A DNA stretch of 33,309 nt from Blastocystis sp. Blastoise (GCA_039096225.1 JBBPEB010000016.1:1-33309), one strand, 5' to 3'; shown: positions 1 to 10,391, numbered from the stretch's first letter. Notes: a model not told the origin generated them from the letters alone. A program made the numbers and translations.

Positions 1-10
1 TTACACTCCG
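1..10 (-). tRNA. trnP: probable 5' end of tRNA-Pro, truncated by window start
   Basis: Reverse complement CGGAGTGTAA resembles the CGG.. 5' start typical of tRNA-Pro. It follows trnM in a tRNA cluster, and trnP is otherwise absent. The anticodon is not visible. Confidence 0.4.
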
Positions 11-15
11 TTACA

Positions 16-89
16 TAACGGAAGAGGGATTTGAACCCACAACTTATAGATTATGAATCTATTGTTCTAACCAAATAAACTATTCCGCT
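16..89 (-). tRNA. trnM: tRNA-Met(CAU), elongator type
   Basis: Cloverleaf AGCGGAA/TTCCGTT, anticodon arm ATAGA-TTCATAA-TCTAT, GGTTCAAATCC T arm. Confidence 0.9.
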
Positions 90-93
90 TTTT

Positions 94-459
94 TTATTCC
101 CATTCAAGAGCACCTTTTTTCCATTCAAAAATGAAACCTAAAGTTAATATAAAAATAAAAATCATCATTGACCAAAAACCAGTATATGATATAACATTTA
201 AAGATAAAGCCCAAGGAAATAAAAATGTTACTTCTAAATCAAACATTAAAAATAATATAGCTACTAAATAGAAATGAACATCAAAAGTATCTCTAGCATC
301 ATCAAATGGATTAAAACCACATTCATAAGCTATTAATTTATTAGAATCTTCAGCTTTTTTACCTAAATAATATGAAAAAGCAAAAGCTAAATAAGATAAA
401 ACAACACACATTATTAAAAATATAAATATAGGACCTAATTCAGAATATAATAATTTCAT
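94..459 (-). CDS. nad3: NADH dehydrogenase subunit 3
   Basis: YECGFNPF, FYLVAILFLMFDLE and EWKKGALEW motifs. Confidence 0.98.
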   Translation of the reverse strand: MKLLYSELGPIFIFLIMCVVLSYLAFAFSYYLGKKAEDSNKLIAYECGFNPFDDARDTFDVHFYLVAILFLMFDLEVTFLFPWALSLNVISYTGFWSMMIFIFILTLGFIFEWKKGALEWE

Positions 460-466
460 TTATTTA

Positions 467-539
467 CGGAAAAGACGAGATTTGAACTCGCAATCGCTAG
501 CGTGACAAGCTAATATTCTAACCATTAAACTACTTCTCC
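467..539 (-). tRNA. trnD: tRNA-Asp(GUC)
   Basis: GGAGAAG/CTTTTCC acceptor, anticodon loop TTGTCAC. Confidence 0.95.
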
Positions 540-545
540 TTTAAT

Positions 546-619
546 TAAGTCTAGTAAGACTTGAACTTACAACATTGCCGTTATGAGCGGCATGTTCTAA
601 CCATTTAAACTATAGACTT
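546..619 (-). tRNA. trnI: tRNA-Ile(CAU), lysidine type (reads AUA)
   Basis: AAGTCTA/TAGACTT acceptor and TGCCG-CTCATAA-CGGCA anticodon arm resemble organellar trnI-CAU. Separate elongator and initiator Met tRNAs are also present. Confidence 0.8.
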
Positions 620-623
620 TTAT

Positions 624-705
624 TACTCGCTACAAGACTTGAACTTGTAATCTCATAAGAGGCAGATTTTAAGTCTGCTGTGTCTACCAATTCCACCAAG
701 CGAGC
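624..705 (-). tRNA. trnL: tRNA-Leu(UAA)
   Basis: GCAGA-CTTAAAA-TCTGC anticodon arm, long variable arm. Confidence 0.95.
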
Positions 706-708
706 TTC

Positions 709-820
709 ACTTATCTTTTAAACTATGTTTCTCCATTGCTGAATATCTAATAGTATTTTCAATCTTTTAACAATTCAAGTTCGACATGTGTTTGAGTTAT
801 ATAATTAAATTAAGATAAGT
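709..820 (-). rRNA. rrn5: divergent mitochondrial 5S rRNA
   Basis: 112 nt closed by a 9-bp terminal helix ACTTATCTT/AAGATAAGT. Internal ACTCAAACACATGTCGAACTTGAATTGTTAA matches the 5S helix III/loop C pattern (CCCAT..CGAAC..G..GTTAA). The 3' part ATACT...GGAGAAACATAG resembles loop E. Flanked tightly by tRNAs. Confidence 0.75.
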
Positions 821-822
821 TA

Positions 823-894
823 CTCTTTAGATTGGATTTGAACCAATAACTTGATGATTAACAGTCATCTACTCTACCATTGAGTTACTAAAGA
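823..894 (-). tRNA. trnN: tRNA-Asn(GUU)
   Basis: GATGA-CTGTTAA-TCATC anticodon arm. Confidence 0.95.
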
Positions 895-907
895 TTTTAC
901 ATTTTTT

Positions 908-1282
908 TTATTTAGATAATTGTGCCATACCATATTTAGAACGTGAAGTTCTTCTATTTAAAACAGCAGCACAATCAAATTTACCACGTATTATTTTATA
1001 ACGAATACCTGGTAAATCTTTACGTCTACCACCTTGAATTAATACAGTTGAATGTTCTTGTAAATTATGACCTTCACCAGGTATATAAGCATTAACTATA
1101 TTTTTATTACGTAATAATACACGGGCAATTTTACGTTTAGCTGAATTTGGTTTTTTAGGAGTTTTTATATAAACACTTAAACATATACCTTTTTTTTGAG
1201 GATTTTGTGTTAAAGATGGTGTTTTTGTAAATTTTTTTTTATTAATTCTTTTATGTTTTATAATTTGATTTAAAGTAGTCAT
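908..1282 (-). CDS. rps12: ribosomal protein S12
   Basis: [21 protein letters not shown] and DLPG motifs. Confidence 0.98.
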   Translation of the reverse strand: MTTLNQIIKHKRINKKKFTKTPSLTQNPQKKGICLSVYIKTPKKPNSAKRKIARVLLRNKNIVNAYIPGEGHNLQEHSTVLIQGGRRKDLPGIRYKIIRGKFDCAAVLNRRTSRSKYGMAQLSK

Positions 1283-1312
1283 TAAAGTAAATTAACTTAA
1301 AAAGTTAAATAT

Positions 1313-1383
1313 CAAGAAAAAAAAGAGTTGAACTCATATCTTCGATTTTGGAGATCGATGTTTTACCATTAAACTATTTTCTT
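1313..1383 (-). tRNA. trnW: tRNA-Trp(CCA)
   Basis: TCGAT-CTCCAAA-ATCGA anticodon arm. Confidence 0.93.
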
Positions 1384-1470
1384 ATATAATAATTATTATT
1401 TTTTTTTTAATCTATCATTTATAATATTTTATATTAAAAATATTAACATAAAATTAAATTTAATAATATT

Positions 1471-1938
1471 TTAATTGAACCAACGAAAATGTGCAAATGA
1501 TCTGTTTTCATAAGCTTTTTTATGAATATCATTACGTTTTTGAATACTAGAACTAGTACCTTGATAAGATTCAAAAATTTCATTAGCTATATATTGAGCA
1601 TAAGTATTATCATTTGTAAAATGTTTTTGATTTGCAGTATCTAATATTAAATTTATAGCATTTTTAAAACGTCTGTTATGATTTAAAGGTATAGGAACAT
1701 TGATATTAGATTTAACAATTTTAATTGTTCTTAAATCAAAAAGAGGTTCTACTTTTAATAAAGCTATATTTAAGATATAATAAGGATCTATATTTTGGTC
1801 AAGTTTTTTTAAAAAAAATAAAATATTATTAAACATAGTTAAAGCTGTAGCTTTTTTACCTTTTTTCATTAATAATTTTATAAAAAAAGTTTTAATTTCA
1901 TTTTTTTTAGTAATATTGATTTGTAAATTATTTTGCAT
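1471..1938 (-). CDS. rps7: ribosomal protein S7
   Basis: LMKKGKKATA and C-terminal IHKKAYENRSFAHFRW. Confidence 0.95.
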   Translation of the reverse strand: MQNNLQINITKKNEIKTFFIKLLMKKGKKATALTMFNNILFFLKKLDQNIDPYYILNIALLKVEPLFDLRTIKIVKSNINVPIPLNHNRRFKNAINLILDTANQKHFTNDNTYAQYIANEIFESYQGTSSSIQKRNDIHKKAYENRSFAHFRWFN

Positions 1939-1939
1939 A

Positions 1940-2011
1940 TATCTCTTATAGGAGTTGAACCTATACTATTACCTTGAAAAGGTAATGTCCTAACCGCTAA
2001 ACTAAAGAGAC
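1940..2011 (-). tRNA. trnE: tRNA-Glu(UUC)
   Basis: TTACC-TTTTCAA-GGTAA anticodon arm. Confidence 0.93.
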
Positions 2012-2014
2012 TTT

Positions 2015-2088
2015 TGTCTGGGAATGGGATCGAACCATTGACCTAAAGATTTTCAGTCTTTCGCTCTAACCAACTGAGCTATCCAGAC
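2015..2088 (-). tRNA. trnF: tRNA-Phe(GAA)
   Basis: AAAGA-CTGAAAA-TCTTT anticodon arm, canonical D and T arms. Confidence 0.96.
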
Positions 2089-2109
2089 TTTTAATTAAAA
2101 AATAATAAT

Positions 2110-4098
2110 TTATTTTCTAATTATAATATAAAATATTAATAAAACTATACTTATTTTTAATAAACTTAAAACAAAAGTAGAATTTAATAAAATTAAACAA
2201 GTAACACCTATTAAAAATACAAAAGCATAATTATAGAAGAAACCTGATTGTAATTCAATTATATTATGACTTATATTTGATAATAAATTAGATAAACCTC
2301 TAGGACCTAATAAATTAAAGAAACCTTTATCTAATAATTTATAAGTATATTCAAAACTTACAAATAAAGTACTTTGATATAAAGTTTCACTATATAATTT
2401 ATCAAAGAACCATTTTCTATTTAAGAAAGTATATAACATCATACCTACTTTTGTAGTTTTTAATGAATGAATTTCATTAGTTAAGAAACCATAACATATA
2501 TAACCAAAAATAGCACCTAAAATACTTAAAATTACTGGAAGTATTTTAAAGAAGAATGGTAAAAATTCAGCTTCTAATATAAAAGTATTACTTGGTAATA
2601 TAAATATAGCATTATTCCAGAAATTAGTACCTAAACCTATAAACATATCTTTAGTAATATAACCTATAAATATACTTAATATAGATAAAATAATTAAAGG
2701 TAAAGCCATAATTAATGGAGCATCATGAGCTTTTAATATAGTTTGTTTATAAGCATTTGTTTTAGTTAAAAATGTTAAAAAGATTAAACGAACTGAATAA
2801 AAAGCAGTAAAGAAAGCTGATAAAGTACCTAACCAATAAGCAAAATGACTACTTATAGTATATTTAGCAAAAGCTAATTCTAGAATAACATCTTTTGAAT
2901 AATAACCTGATAAGAATGGGAAACCTAATAAAGCTAAAGAACCTATTAATATCATAGAATAAGTTAAAGGTAAAATTTTTAATAAACCACCCATTTTACG
3001 CATATCTTGTTCATCATTCATTGCATGAATTACTGAACCAGCACTTAAGAATAATAAAGCTTTAAAGAATGCATGATTTGCTAAATGGAATATACCTACA
3101 TTATAACCTGAAATACCACAAGCAAAAATCATATAACCTAATTGACTACAAGTTGAATAAGCAATTACTCTTTTCATATCATTTTGTAATAAACCTGTAG
3201 TAGCTGCAAAGAAAGTAGTAATAGCACCTATAACAGTAACTACTATAAGAGCATTTGAAGCATATTCAAATAAAGGAGAACATCTACTTATCATAAATAC
3301 ACCGGCAGTAACCATGGTTGCAGCATGAATTAAAGCTGAAACAGGTGTAGGACCTTCCATTGCATCTGGTAACCATACATGTAAACCAACTTGAGCTGAT
3401 TTACCTACAGCACCTATAAATAAAAATATACATAAAAAATTTAAAAGGTCAAAATTCATATTAAAAAAATTAAAGTTAATATTACTAAAATTAGGAGCTA
3501 AAGCAAATACTGTAGAATAATCTAAAGTTTTAAAGGTAAAGAAAACTGTTAACATACCAATCATTAAACCAAAATCACCTACTCTATTTACAAGCATAGC
3601 TTTTATAGCAGCTTTATTTGCTTGAATTCTAGTAAACCAGAAATTAATTAATAAATAAGAACATAAACCAACACCTTCCCATCCTACGAACATTTGAACA
3701 AAATTATCACCAGTTACAAGAACAAGCATAAAGAAAGTGAATAATGATAAATAAGACATAAATCTAGGTAAATGAGGATCACCATGCATATAACCTATAG
3801 AATATAAATGTACTAAAGATGATATACAAGTAACTACAACAAGCATAGTAACAGTTAAAGTATCAAATTGAAAACTCCAATTAATATTTACTAAATCTGA
3901 AACCATCCATTTACATAAATCTATATAGCATACACTACCACATAGAGCTACTTCATAGAAAGCAAAGCAACTAATTAAAAAAGTTATAAATATAGTACTT
4001 GTAGTTAAAATAGTACTTCCTTTTTCAGTTAAAAATCTACCAAACATACCTGAAATAAACGCACTTAATAAAGGTAAGAAAACGATTAATAAATACAT
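2110..4098 (-). CDS. nad5: NADH dehydrogenase subunit 5 (start corrected to [10 protein letters not shown], 662 aa)
   Basis: [22 protein letters not shown] and [10 protein letters not shown] motifs. The first 27 codons of the ORF-track call lie in or immediately beside trnS(UGA). Confidence 0.98.
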   Translation of the reverse strand: MYLLIVFLPLLSAFISGMFGRFLTEKGSTILTTSTIFITFLISCFAFYEVALCGSVCYIDLCKWMVSDLVNINWSFQFDTLTVTMLVVVTCISSLVHLYSIGYMHGDPHLPRFMSYLSLFTFFMLVLVTGDNFVQMFVGWEGVGLCSYLLINFWFTRIQANKAAIKAMLVNRVGDFGLMIGMLTVFFTFKTLDYSTVFALAPNFSNINFNFFNMNFDLLNFLCIFLFIGAVGKSAQVGLHVWLPDAMEGPTPVSALIHAATMVTAGVFMISRCSPLFEYASNALIVVTVIGAITTFFAATTGLLQNDMKRVIAYSTCSQLGYMIFACGISGYNVGIFHLANHAFFKALLFLSAGSVIHAMNDEQDMRKMGGLLKILPLTYSMILIGSLALLGFPFLSGYYSKDVILELAFAKYTISSHFAYWLGTLSAFFTAFYSVRLIFLTFLTKTNAYKQTILKAHDAPLIMALPLIILSILSIFIGYITKDMFIGLGTNFWNNAIFILPSNTFILEAEFLPFFFKILPVILSILGAIFGYICYGFLTNEIHSLKTTKVGMMLYTFLNRKWFFDKLYSETLYQSTLFVSFEYTYKLLDKGFFNLLGPRGLSNLLSNISHNIIELQSGFFYNYAFVFLIGVTCLILLNSTFVLSLLKISIVLLIFYIIIRK

Positions 4099-4101
4099 AA
4101 A

Positions 4102-4185
4102 CGGATAAAGAGGGATTCGAACCCCCGATATCATAGATATACCTGTTTTCAAGACAGGCACCTTCAACCACTCGGTCATTTATCC
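4102..4185 (-). tRNA. trnS: tRNA-Ser(UGA)
   Basis: GGATAAA/TTTATCC acceptor, CCTGT-CTTGAAA-ACAGG arm, long variable arm. Confidence 0.95.
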
Positions 4186-4195
4186 TTTAAAAAAA

Positions 4196-4615
4196 TTAAA
4201 AATAAATTTTTCTTTTTTTACAACCATTAAAAGGTTTAGGTGTAATATCATAAATATTGTTAATTTTAATACCTGTTTCAATTAGACCTTTAAAAATACC
4301 AGTTAATTTTACAGGAATACCTTTTATTTTGATATTAACATTAGTAAATCCTTGTTTTTTTAATTCATCACCTATGAATTTACCTAAAGAAATTGCGGCA
4401 TAAAAAGATTTTTTTTTAAAACCGGAAAATCCTAAAGCACCTATTGACATTATTCTAGTTTTATTTGTTTTATATGTAACAAATGTATTATTAGTATCAC
4501 ATTTGATATATATATTTATATTTTTATTTGATTTAATTTGTTTATGAGTTACTATATTATAAAATGTTAAATTTTTTGTTTTTGGTTTTTGTGTTAAACG
4601 AGTCATTTGTATCAT
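4196..4615 (-). CDS. rps11: ribosomal protein S11
   Basis: NNTFVT, SIGALGFSGFKKKS and DITPKPFNGC motifs. Confidence 0.93.
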   Translation of the reverse strand: MIQMTRLTQKPKTKNLTFYNIVTHKQIKSNKNINIYIKCDTNNTFVTYKTNKTRIMSIGALGFSGFKKKSFYAAISLGKFIGDELKKQGFTNVNIKIKGIPVKLTGIFKGLIETGIKINNIYDITPKPFNGCKKRKIYF

Positions 4616-4620
4616 TATAT

Positions 4621-5214
4621 TTAATTATTCCAAGTACTATTATTAAATGTAGAATATTTATATTCATTAGCATATTCTAAATCTTGATATCTTACAGATT
4701 TAGTAAAATCATCATATCTTACTTCTTTAAATCCTAATAAAGGGAAATCTTTTCTTAAAGGAAAACCTTTAAAACCATAATCTGTTAAAATTCTACGTAA
4801 ATCTTTATTATTTAAAAAATAAATACCAAACATATCATAAATTTCTCTTTCAAACCAACCAGCACAACTATATAATGAAGTAATAGTATTAACATTATCA
4901 AATTCAGATACACTTATTTTTACACGAATTCTACTGTTAAAAACAATACTTAATAAACTATAAACTATTTCAAATCTAGCTGATCTATCAGGATAATCTA
5001 CACCACACATATCAGATAAAATTTTATATTGACAATTAGTATGATTTTTTAAAAAATATAAAACTTTAGTTAAATTTTCAGTAGAAACTACTAATGTTAA
5101 TTCATTATTACCATAAATTACAGCGTAAATATAATTTGGAAGCATATGCATAAGTGATTTACCATATTTTATATTTAATAAAACATTATTTAAAAATATA
5201 TTTTTTTTTAACAT
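4621..5214 (-). CDS. nad9: NADH dehydrogenase subunit 9
   Basis: WFEREIYDMFG and LRRILTDYGFKGFPLRKDFPL. Confidence 0.98.
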   Translation of the reverse strand: MLKKNIFLNNVLLNIKYGKSLMHMLPNYIYAVIYGNNELTLVVSTENLTKVLYFLKNHTNCQYKILSDMCGVDYPDRSARFEIVYSLLSIVFNSRIRVKISVSEFDNVNTITSLYSCAGWFEREIYDMFGIYFLNNKDLRRILTDYGFKGFPLRKDFPLLGFKEVRYDDFTKSVRYQDLEYANEYKYSTFNNSTWNN

Positions 5215-5251
5215 AGTGTTATTTATAAGGTAAATTAACCTTTGCCTAAAT

Positions 5252-5584
5252 TTAATTTAAAATATTAATTTCTTTAAAAGTTAAATTCATACTTAAAGGT
5301 ACTTTATTTTCTAAAAATTTTCTAAAAAATATAAATTTTTGAGTATCTTTAGTAATTATTTTAAATTCACTTACATAAATACGTTCTTCAAAAGTTTCCA
5401 TAAATTTTTTATGAACATGTGGTGATTTTAAAACAGTATGTTTTTTTATTTTTGTAGGTAAATTTATTAAAGAATAATTAAAATTAAAAAATTTAATTAA
5501 ATTTTCAATTTTTAAAATATAATTTTTACATAATATATTATCATTACTTTTTATATAGATATAAAAAATTTTATTATTAAACAT
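5252..5584 (-). CDS. rps10: ribosomal protein S10
   Basis: LPTKIKKHTVLKSPHVHKK..E.FE motif. Confidence 0.93.
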   Translation of the reverse strand: MFNNKIFYIYIKSNDNILCKNYILKIENLIKFFNFNYSLINLPTKIKKHTVLKSPHVHKKFMETFEERIYVSEFKIITKDTQKFIFFRKFLENKVPLSMNLTFKEINILN

Positions 5585-5621
5585 ATGGTTTTTTTAAGGA
5601 TTAACTTAAAAAAACTTAGAA

Positions 5622-5693
5622 TGAAATATAGCCAAGTGGTAAGGCACCGGTCTTTGACATCGGTATACAAAGGTTCGAATCCTTTTATTTCTA
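5622..5693 (+). tRNA. trnQ: tRNA-Gln(UUG)
   Basis: TAGCCAAGTGGTAAGGC D arm, CCGGT-CTTTGAC-ATCGG anticodon arm. The 3' end overlaps the nad2 stop codon on the other strand. Confidence 0.92.
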
Positions 5694-7175
5694 TAAACAT
5701 AAGAATAAAGATATATAATGAGTTATTATAAATAAAGTATTAGGATTTAAACATAAAAATACTAAAACTAATGTGAAAGCACTTATAATTACAGCTAAAT
5801 TTTTATTAATAGAAGTATAAACGTAATTATTATTAGTTGATTCAAAATACATTATTTTTATAAATCTTATATAATAAAAAGCAGTAATTACACTAATTAC
5901 AATAGCAAATATAGCTGGTAATAAAACATTATTTTCTACGCATACAAAGAAAGTATAGAATTTTGCTAAGAAACCTGCTAGAGGTGGTATACCTGCCATA
6001 GAAAACATTATAATAGTTAAACTGATACCTAATAAATAATTGTTTTTAAATAAATCAGCGAAATCAGTAATATATTTAACTTTATTATTAACTATTAATA
6101 ATATAGCCCAAATAGCAATAGTAGTTATTAAATAAACTATAAAATAAAATAATAAACTTTGAACACCTTGTATAGTACCAGTTGATAAACCTAAAATCAT
6201 ATAACCTATATGGGTTACTGAACTATAAGTTAAAAAGCGTTTAATTTTATATTGTTGTAATGCAAAGAATGCAGATACTATAATAGATAATAAAGATACT
6301 AATATAAAAATTAATTGCCATTGATCTATAAAAGCATAAAAAGTTGACATTAAAATTCTAGATAATAAAGCTATTAAAGCAAATTTAGGAGCTATATTAA
6401 AAAACATAGTTATGATACTAGGAGCACCTTCATATACATCTGGAGCCCATACATGGAATGGAGCTATGGTTAATTTAAAGAAGAAAGCTGATAAAATAAA
6501 ACAAATAGCTGTAAAAGTTAATTTATCAAAAGAACTTGTAGTAAAAAAATAAGATAATTCAGTTAAATTAGTTAAACCTGTAGTACCATAAAGTAAAGCT
6601 ATACCAAATAATAAGAAACCTGAAATTAAAGAACCTGTTATAAAATATTTTAAACCAGCTTCACATGAATATAAATTACTTTTTCTTGAAGAAGCTAATA
6701 CATAAAAACAGAAACTTTGCATTTCTAAAGTAATATATAAATGTAAGAAACTATTACAATGTAAAGTTAATAAAATACTAAATATAGATATATATAATAA
6801 TATTAAATATTCATAATTATACATAGTATCAGTATTTAAAAAATTATTTATAGATAATAAGTATATTACAGAAATAATTAATATGATTAATTCTATTAAA
6901 GTTAAAGCATAATTCATAGTATACATACCATCAAAAATTAATCTAGTTAATGTAGTTTCTTTACATAAAAGAATTATTACAAAAATTAAAGATAAAATAA
7001 ATAGATTATTAATAATAGTAGAAATGTAAGGTGTTCTATAATTATTTTTATAAATATTTAAATATTTACTAGATAAAAAAATACCTACACATAATAAAGT
7101 TAATACTGAAAATATAAAAAAAATTTCTGGAACAATAAATTTAATTTCTTCGAAAAATATTGATGCGAAAGTCAT
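5691..7175 (-). CDS. nad2: NADH dehydrogenase subunit 2
   Basis: EAGLKYF, FKLTIAPFHVWAPDVYEGAP and SMAGIPPLAGF. Confidence 0.97.
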   Translation of the reverse strand: MTFASIFFEEIKFIVPEIFFIFSVLTLLCVGIFLSSKYLNIYKNNYRTPYISTIINNLFILSLIFVIILLCKETTLTRLIFDGMYTMNYALTLIELIILIISVIYLLSINNFLNTDTMYNYEYLILLYISIFSILLTLHCNSFLHLYITLEMQSFCFYVLASSRKSNLYSCEAGLKYFITGSLISGFLLFGIALLYGTTGLTNLTELSYFFTTSSFDKLTFTAICFILSAFFFKLTIAPFHVWAPDVYEGAPSIITMFFNIAPKFALIALLSRILMSTFYAFIDQWQLIFILVSLLSIIVSAFFALQQYKIKRFLTYSSVTHIGYMILGLSTGTIQGVQSLLFYFIVYLITTIAIWAILLIVNNKVKYITDFADLFKNNYLLGISLTIIMFSMAGIPPLAGFLAKFYTFFVCVENNVLLPAIFAIVISVITAFYYIRFIKIMYFESTNNNYVYTSINKNLAVIISAFTLVLVFLCLNPNTLFIITHYISLFLCL

Positions 7176-7280
7176 TATTATTATAATTCTGCTATTATTA
7201 CTTAAATTTATTAATTTTCATAAAAAAAAATTTATATAATATTATTAATATAAAAATACTTTAGTTATATAACTATAAAT
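7176..7280. promoter_or_regulatory. candidate bidirectional promoter region (nad2 / nad11 divergent)
   Basis: Non-coding AT-rich spacer at a strand switch; position only, no motif recognised. Confidence 0.3.
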
Positions 7281-9401
7281 ATGTTAGCTAAAATAGATAA
7301 CATAGTATCTTCTTATAAAACAGATATAAGTATTTTAAGTCATTCAGAAATGTTAGGTATAACTTTACCACGTTTTTGTTATCATAATAAACTTATGATA
7401 TCTGCTAATTGTCGTGTATGTTTATGTATAGTTGAAAAAGAAAGAAAACCTGTTACTGCTTGTTCAACCATGTTAAGACCAGGTATAGTAATATCTTTAA
7501 ATACACCTCAAGTATCTAAATTAAGAGAAGATGTTCTTGAATTTTTATTAATAAATCACCCTTTAGATTGTCCTACATGTGATCAAGGTGGTGAATGTGA
7601 TTTACAAGATATGTCTTATTATTTCGGTTTAGATAAAGGTAGAAATTTTGGTATAAATAAAAAAGCTATTTTAAATAAAGATAAAGGTCCTTTAATAAAA
7701 ACTGTAATGAATAGATGTATTAATTGTACTCGTTGTGTTCGTTTTGTAAATGAAATAGCAGGTAGCATTTGCTTAGGTTCTATAGGTAGAGGTAGAACTA
7801 CTGAAATTGGTAGTTATGTTGATTCTTTTTATGATTTCGAAATTTCAGGTAATTTAATTGATGTTTGTCCTGTAGGTGCTTTAACTTCTAAACCTTATGC
7901 TTTTACTAATCGTCCTTGGGAATTAAAAAGTACTCATAGTATAGATGTAATGGATGGTTTAGGTTCAAGTATTACTATAAATACAAGAGGTTCAAATATT
8001 AGTAGAATTATACCTAGAAATAATGATTTAGTAAATGAAGAATGGATTTCAGATAAAATAAGATTTTCATATGATGGTTTAAATTATCAAAGAATATCAA
8101 ATCCTATGATTAGAATTAATAATAAATTACAAATGTTTGATTGGGATAAAGCTTTAAATTATTTACAATCAAATATTAATTCTGATAATTTTAAAGTAAA
8201 ATTAAATAATAATACTTTAAATTATAATGTAGGTTGTTATTTTGGTGAATTATTAGATAATGAAACTATTTTTATGATGTCAAATATGTTAAATCAATTA
8301 GGTTGTTCTAATAAATATACTAAAGAAGATTTATTTAATATAAATAATGATTTAATGTCAAATTATCGTTTTAATACAACTTTAAAAAATATAAGTAAAT
8401 CTGATATGTGTATTTTAATAGGTACTAATCCTAAATTAGAAGCTTCTGTATTAAATATACGTTTAAGAAAATTATATACAGATTCTAATACTCCTATAAT
8501 AACTATAGGTAGTAAAATTAATTTAACTTATCCTTCATATAATTTAGGTTTTACTTTAAATTCTTTAATAAAATTTACTGAAGGTAGATCTGATTTATGT
8601 AAAGTATTACAAACTAAAAAAAGACCATCTTTAATTATAGGTTCAAATATCTTTATAAATAAAGCTATATATAATACTGTAATATATTTAAATAATATTT
8701 TAAAATTATCTTTAAAAAATATGGATACAAATTGGAATTATTTTAATATATTACATGATAATATAAGTTCTGTAGGTAAATATGATATAAGTTTAACTAC
8801 TAAATATAAAAAAAATATTGAAGATTTAAATTGTTTATTTTTATTAAATGTAGATAATGATTTTGATAATATAATTAGAAATAAAAATTTAACAAATACT
8901 TTTGTAATTTATCAAGGTCATCATTATAATAAATATATAAATATGTCTGATTTAGTATTACCTAATAAAACTTTTGTAGAAAAAGATGGTACTTATACAA
9001 ATACTGAAGGTCGTACTTTATTTGCAAGACATTGTGGTGTAAATTCTTTAATAAATACTCGTGAAGATTGGTCTTTATTAAATATTTTAGGTAGTATTTT
9101 ATTTAAAAAAGTAAATAATAATATGAAAAATTATATTGTAAATTCTAAACATGATTTAATAAATACTTCTGATATATTTAATGCATCTTTATGGAGAAAT
9201 AATCCTAATTTTAAAAATGATAATAATGTATCTGAATCTGTATTTACTAAATTTATAAATAATGCTTTTATAAATAATAAAGTAAATAATTATACATTTA
9301 GTCCTTTAATATATAATTTTTATTTAACTAATAATATAAGTAGAGCTTCACGTACTATGGCTGAATGTTCTAAATCTTTAATAAAAAAAACTAACTATTA
9401 A
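7281..9401 (+). CDS. nad11: NADH dehydrogenase subunit 11 (75 kDa), unsplit
   Basis: Fe-S motifs RFCYH..CRVC..C, HPLDCPTCDQGGEC and RCINCTRC..CPVGAL. Confidence 0.98.
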   Translation: MLAKIDNIVSSYKTDISILSHSEMLGITLPRFCYHNKLMISANCRVCLCIVEKERKPVTACSTMLRPGIVISLNTPQVSKLREDVLEFLLINHPLDCPTCDQGGECDLQDMSYYFGLDKGRNFGINKKAILNKDKGPLIKTVMNRCINCTRCVRFVNEIAGSICLGSIGRGRTTEIGSYVDSFYDFEISGNLIDVCPVGALTSKPYAFTNRPWELKSTHSIDVMDGLGSSITINTRGSNISRIIPRNNDLVNEEWISDKIRFSYDGLNYQRISNPMIRINNKLQMFDWDKALNYLQSNINSDNFKVKLNNNTLNYNVGCYFGELLDNETIFMMSNMLNQLGCSNKYTKEDLFNINNDLMSNYRFNTTLKNISKSDMCILIGTNPKLEASVLNIRLRKLYTDSNTPIITIGSKINLTYPSYNLGFTLNSLIKFTEGRSDLCKVLQTKKRPSLIIGSNIFINKAIYNTVIYLNNILKLSLKNMDTNWNYFNILHDNISSVGKYDISLTTKYKKNIEDLNCLFLLNVDNDFDNIIRNKNLTNTFVIYQGHHYNKYINMSDLVLPNKTFVEKDGTYTNTEGRTLFARHCGVNSLINTREDWSLLNILGSILFKKVNNNMKNYIVNSKHDLINTSDIFNASLWRNNPNFKNDNNVSESVFTKFINNAFINNKVNNYTFSPLIYNFYLTNNISRASRTMAECSKSLIKKTNY

Positions 9402-9404
9402 TCA

Positions 9405-10391
9405 ATGTATACTTTAATCATAATTATTGAATTTTTTTTAATTATACTTCCACTTTTAATTGGTGTAGCTTATATGACTTTAGCAGAACGTAAAATATTA
9501 GGTGGTGCTCAACGTAGAAGAGCTCCTAACGTATTAGGTGTTTTTGGTTTATTACAACCTTTAGCCGATGGTTTAAAATTAATGATAAAAGAATTTATTT
9601 TACCTACAAATGTTAATATCTTCTTATTTATATTAGCTCCTGTAATTACTTTTACTTGTACTATGCTTTATTGGAGTGTAACTCCTTTAGGTAAAGGTTA
9701 TGTTTTTGCTGATTTAAATATAGGTGCTTTATTTATATATGCTATTTCTTCTTTAAGTGTATATGGTATAATATTAGCAGGTTGGTCAAGTAATATTAAA
9801 TATTCTTTTATGGGTGGTATACGTTCAGCTGCACAAATGGTATCTTATGAATTATCAATTGGTTTAATATTAGTAACTATATTTTTATTAACAGGTTCTT
9901 TAAATATGTCAGATATAGTAATGTCTCAAAGTCATATTTGGTATATGGTACCTTTATTTCCAGCATTTGTTATGTTTTTAGTAGCTATACTTGCTGAATG
10001 TAATAGACATCCTTTTGATTTACCTGAAGCTGAAGGTGAATTAGTTTCTGGTTTCAATACTGAATATTCAGCAATGGGTTTTGCTTTATTTTTTATTGGT
10101 GAATATGGTAATGTTGTATTTATGAGTGTATTAACTACTATATTATTTTGTGGTGGTTGGTTACCTTTATTTGGTATGAGTTTTATTCCAGGTCCTATTT
10201 GGTTAAGTATTAAATGTTTAATATTTATATCATATTTTGTAGTTACAAGAGCCACTTTTCCAAGATTTCGTTATGATCAATTAATGAGATTAGGTTGGAA
10301 ATCATTATTACCTATATCTTTAGGTTGGTTTTTATTTGTAGCTTCTTTATTAATTACTTTTAATTTATTACCTTATAATTTATGTATCTAG
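9405..10391 (+). CDS. nad1: NADH dehydrogenase subunit 1
   Basis: [30 protein letters not shown] and PRFRYDQLM. Confidence 0.98.
   Translation: MYTLIIIIEFFLIILPLLIGVAYMTLAERKILGGAQRRRAPNVLGVFGLLQPLADGLKLMIKEFILPTNVNIFLFILAPVITFTCTMLYWSVTPLGKGYVFADLNIGALFIYAISSLSVYGIILAGWSSNIKYSFMGGIRSAAQMVSYELSIGLILVTIFLLTGSLNMSDIVMSQSHIWYMVPLFPAFVMFLVAILAECNRHPFDLPEAEGELVSGFNTEYSAMGFALFFIGEYGNVVFMSVLTTILFCGGWLPLFGMSFIPGPIWLSIKCLIFISYFVVTRATFPRFRYDQLMRLGWKSLLPISLGWFLFVASLLITFNLLPYNLCI

Noticed and set aside
4099-4179. 27-aa N-terminal extension of Nad5 in the ORF track
   Set aside because: It is a chance open frame through trnS(UGA); the canonical start [10 protein letters not shown] is at 4098
9932-10255. 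107-aa minus-strand ORF
   Set aside because: Antisense shadow of nad1
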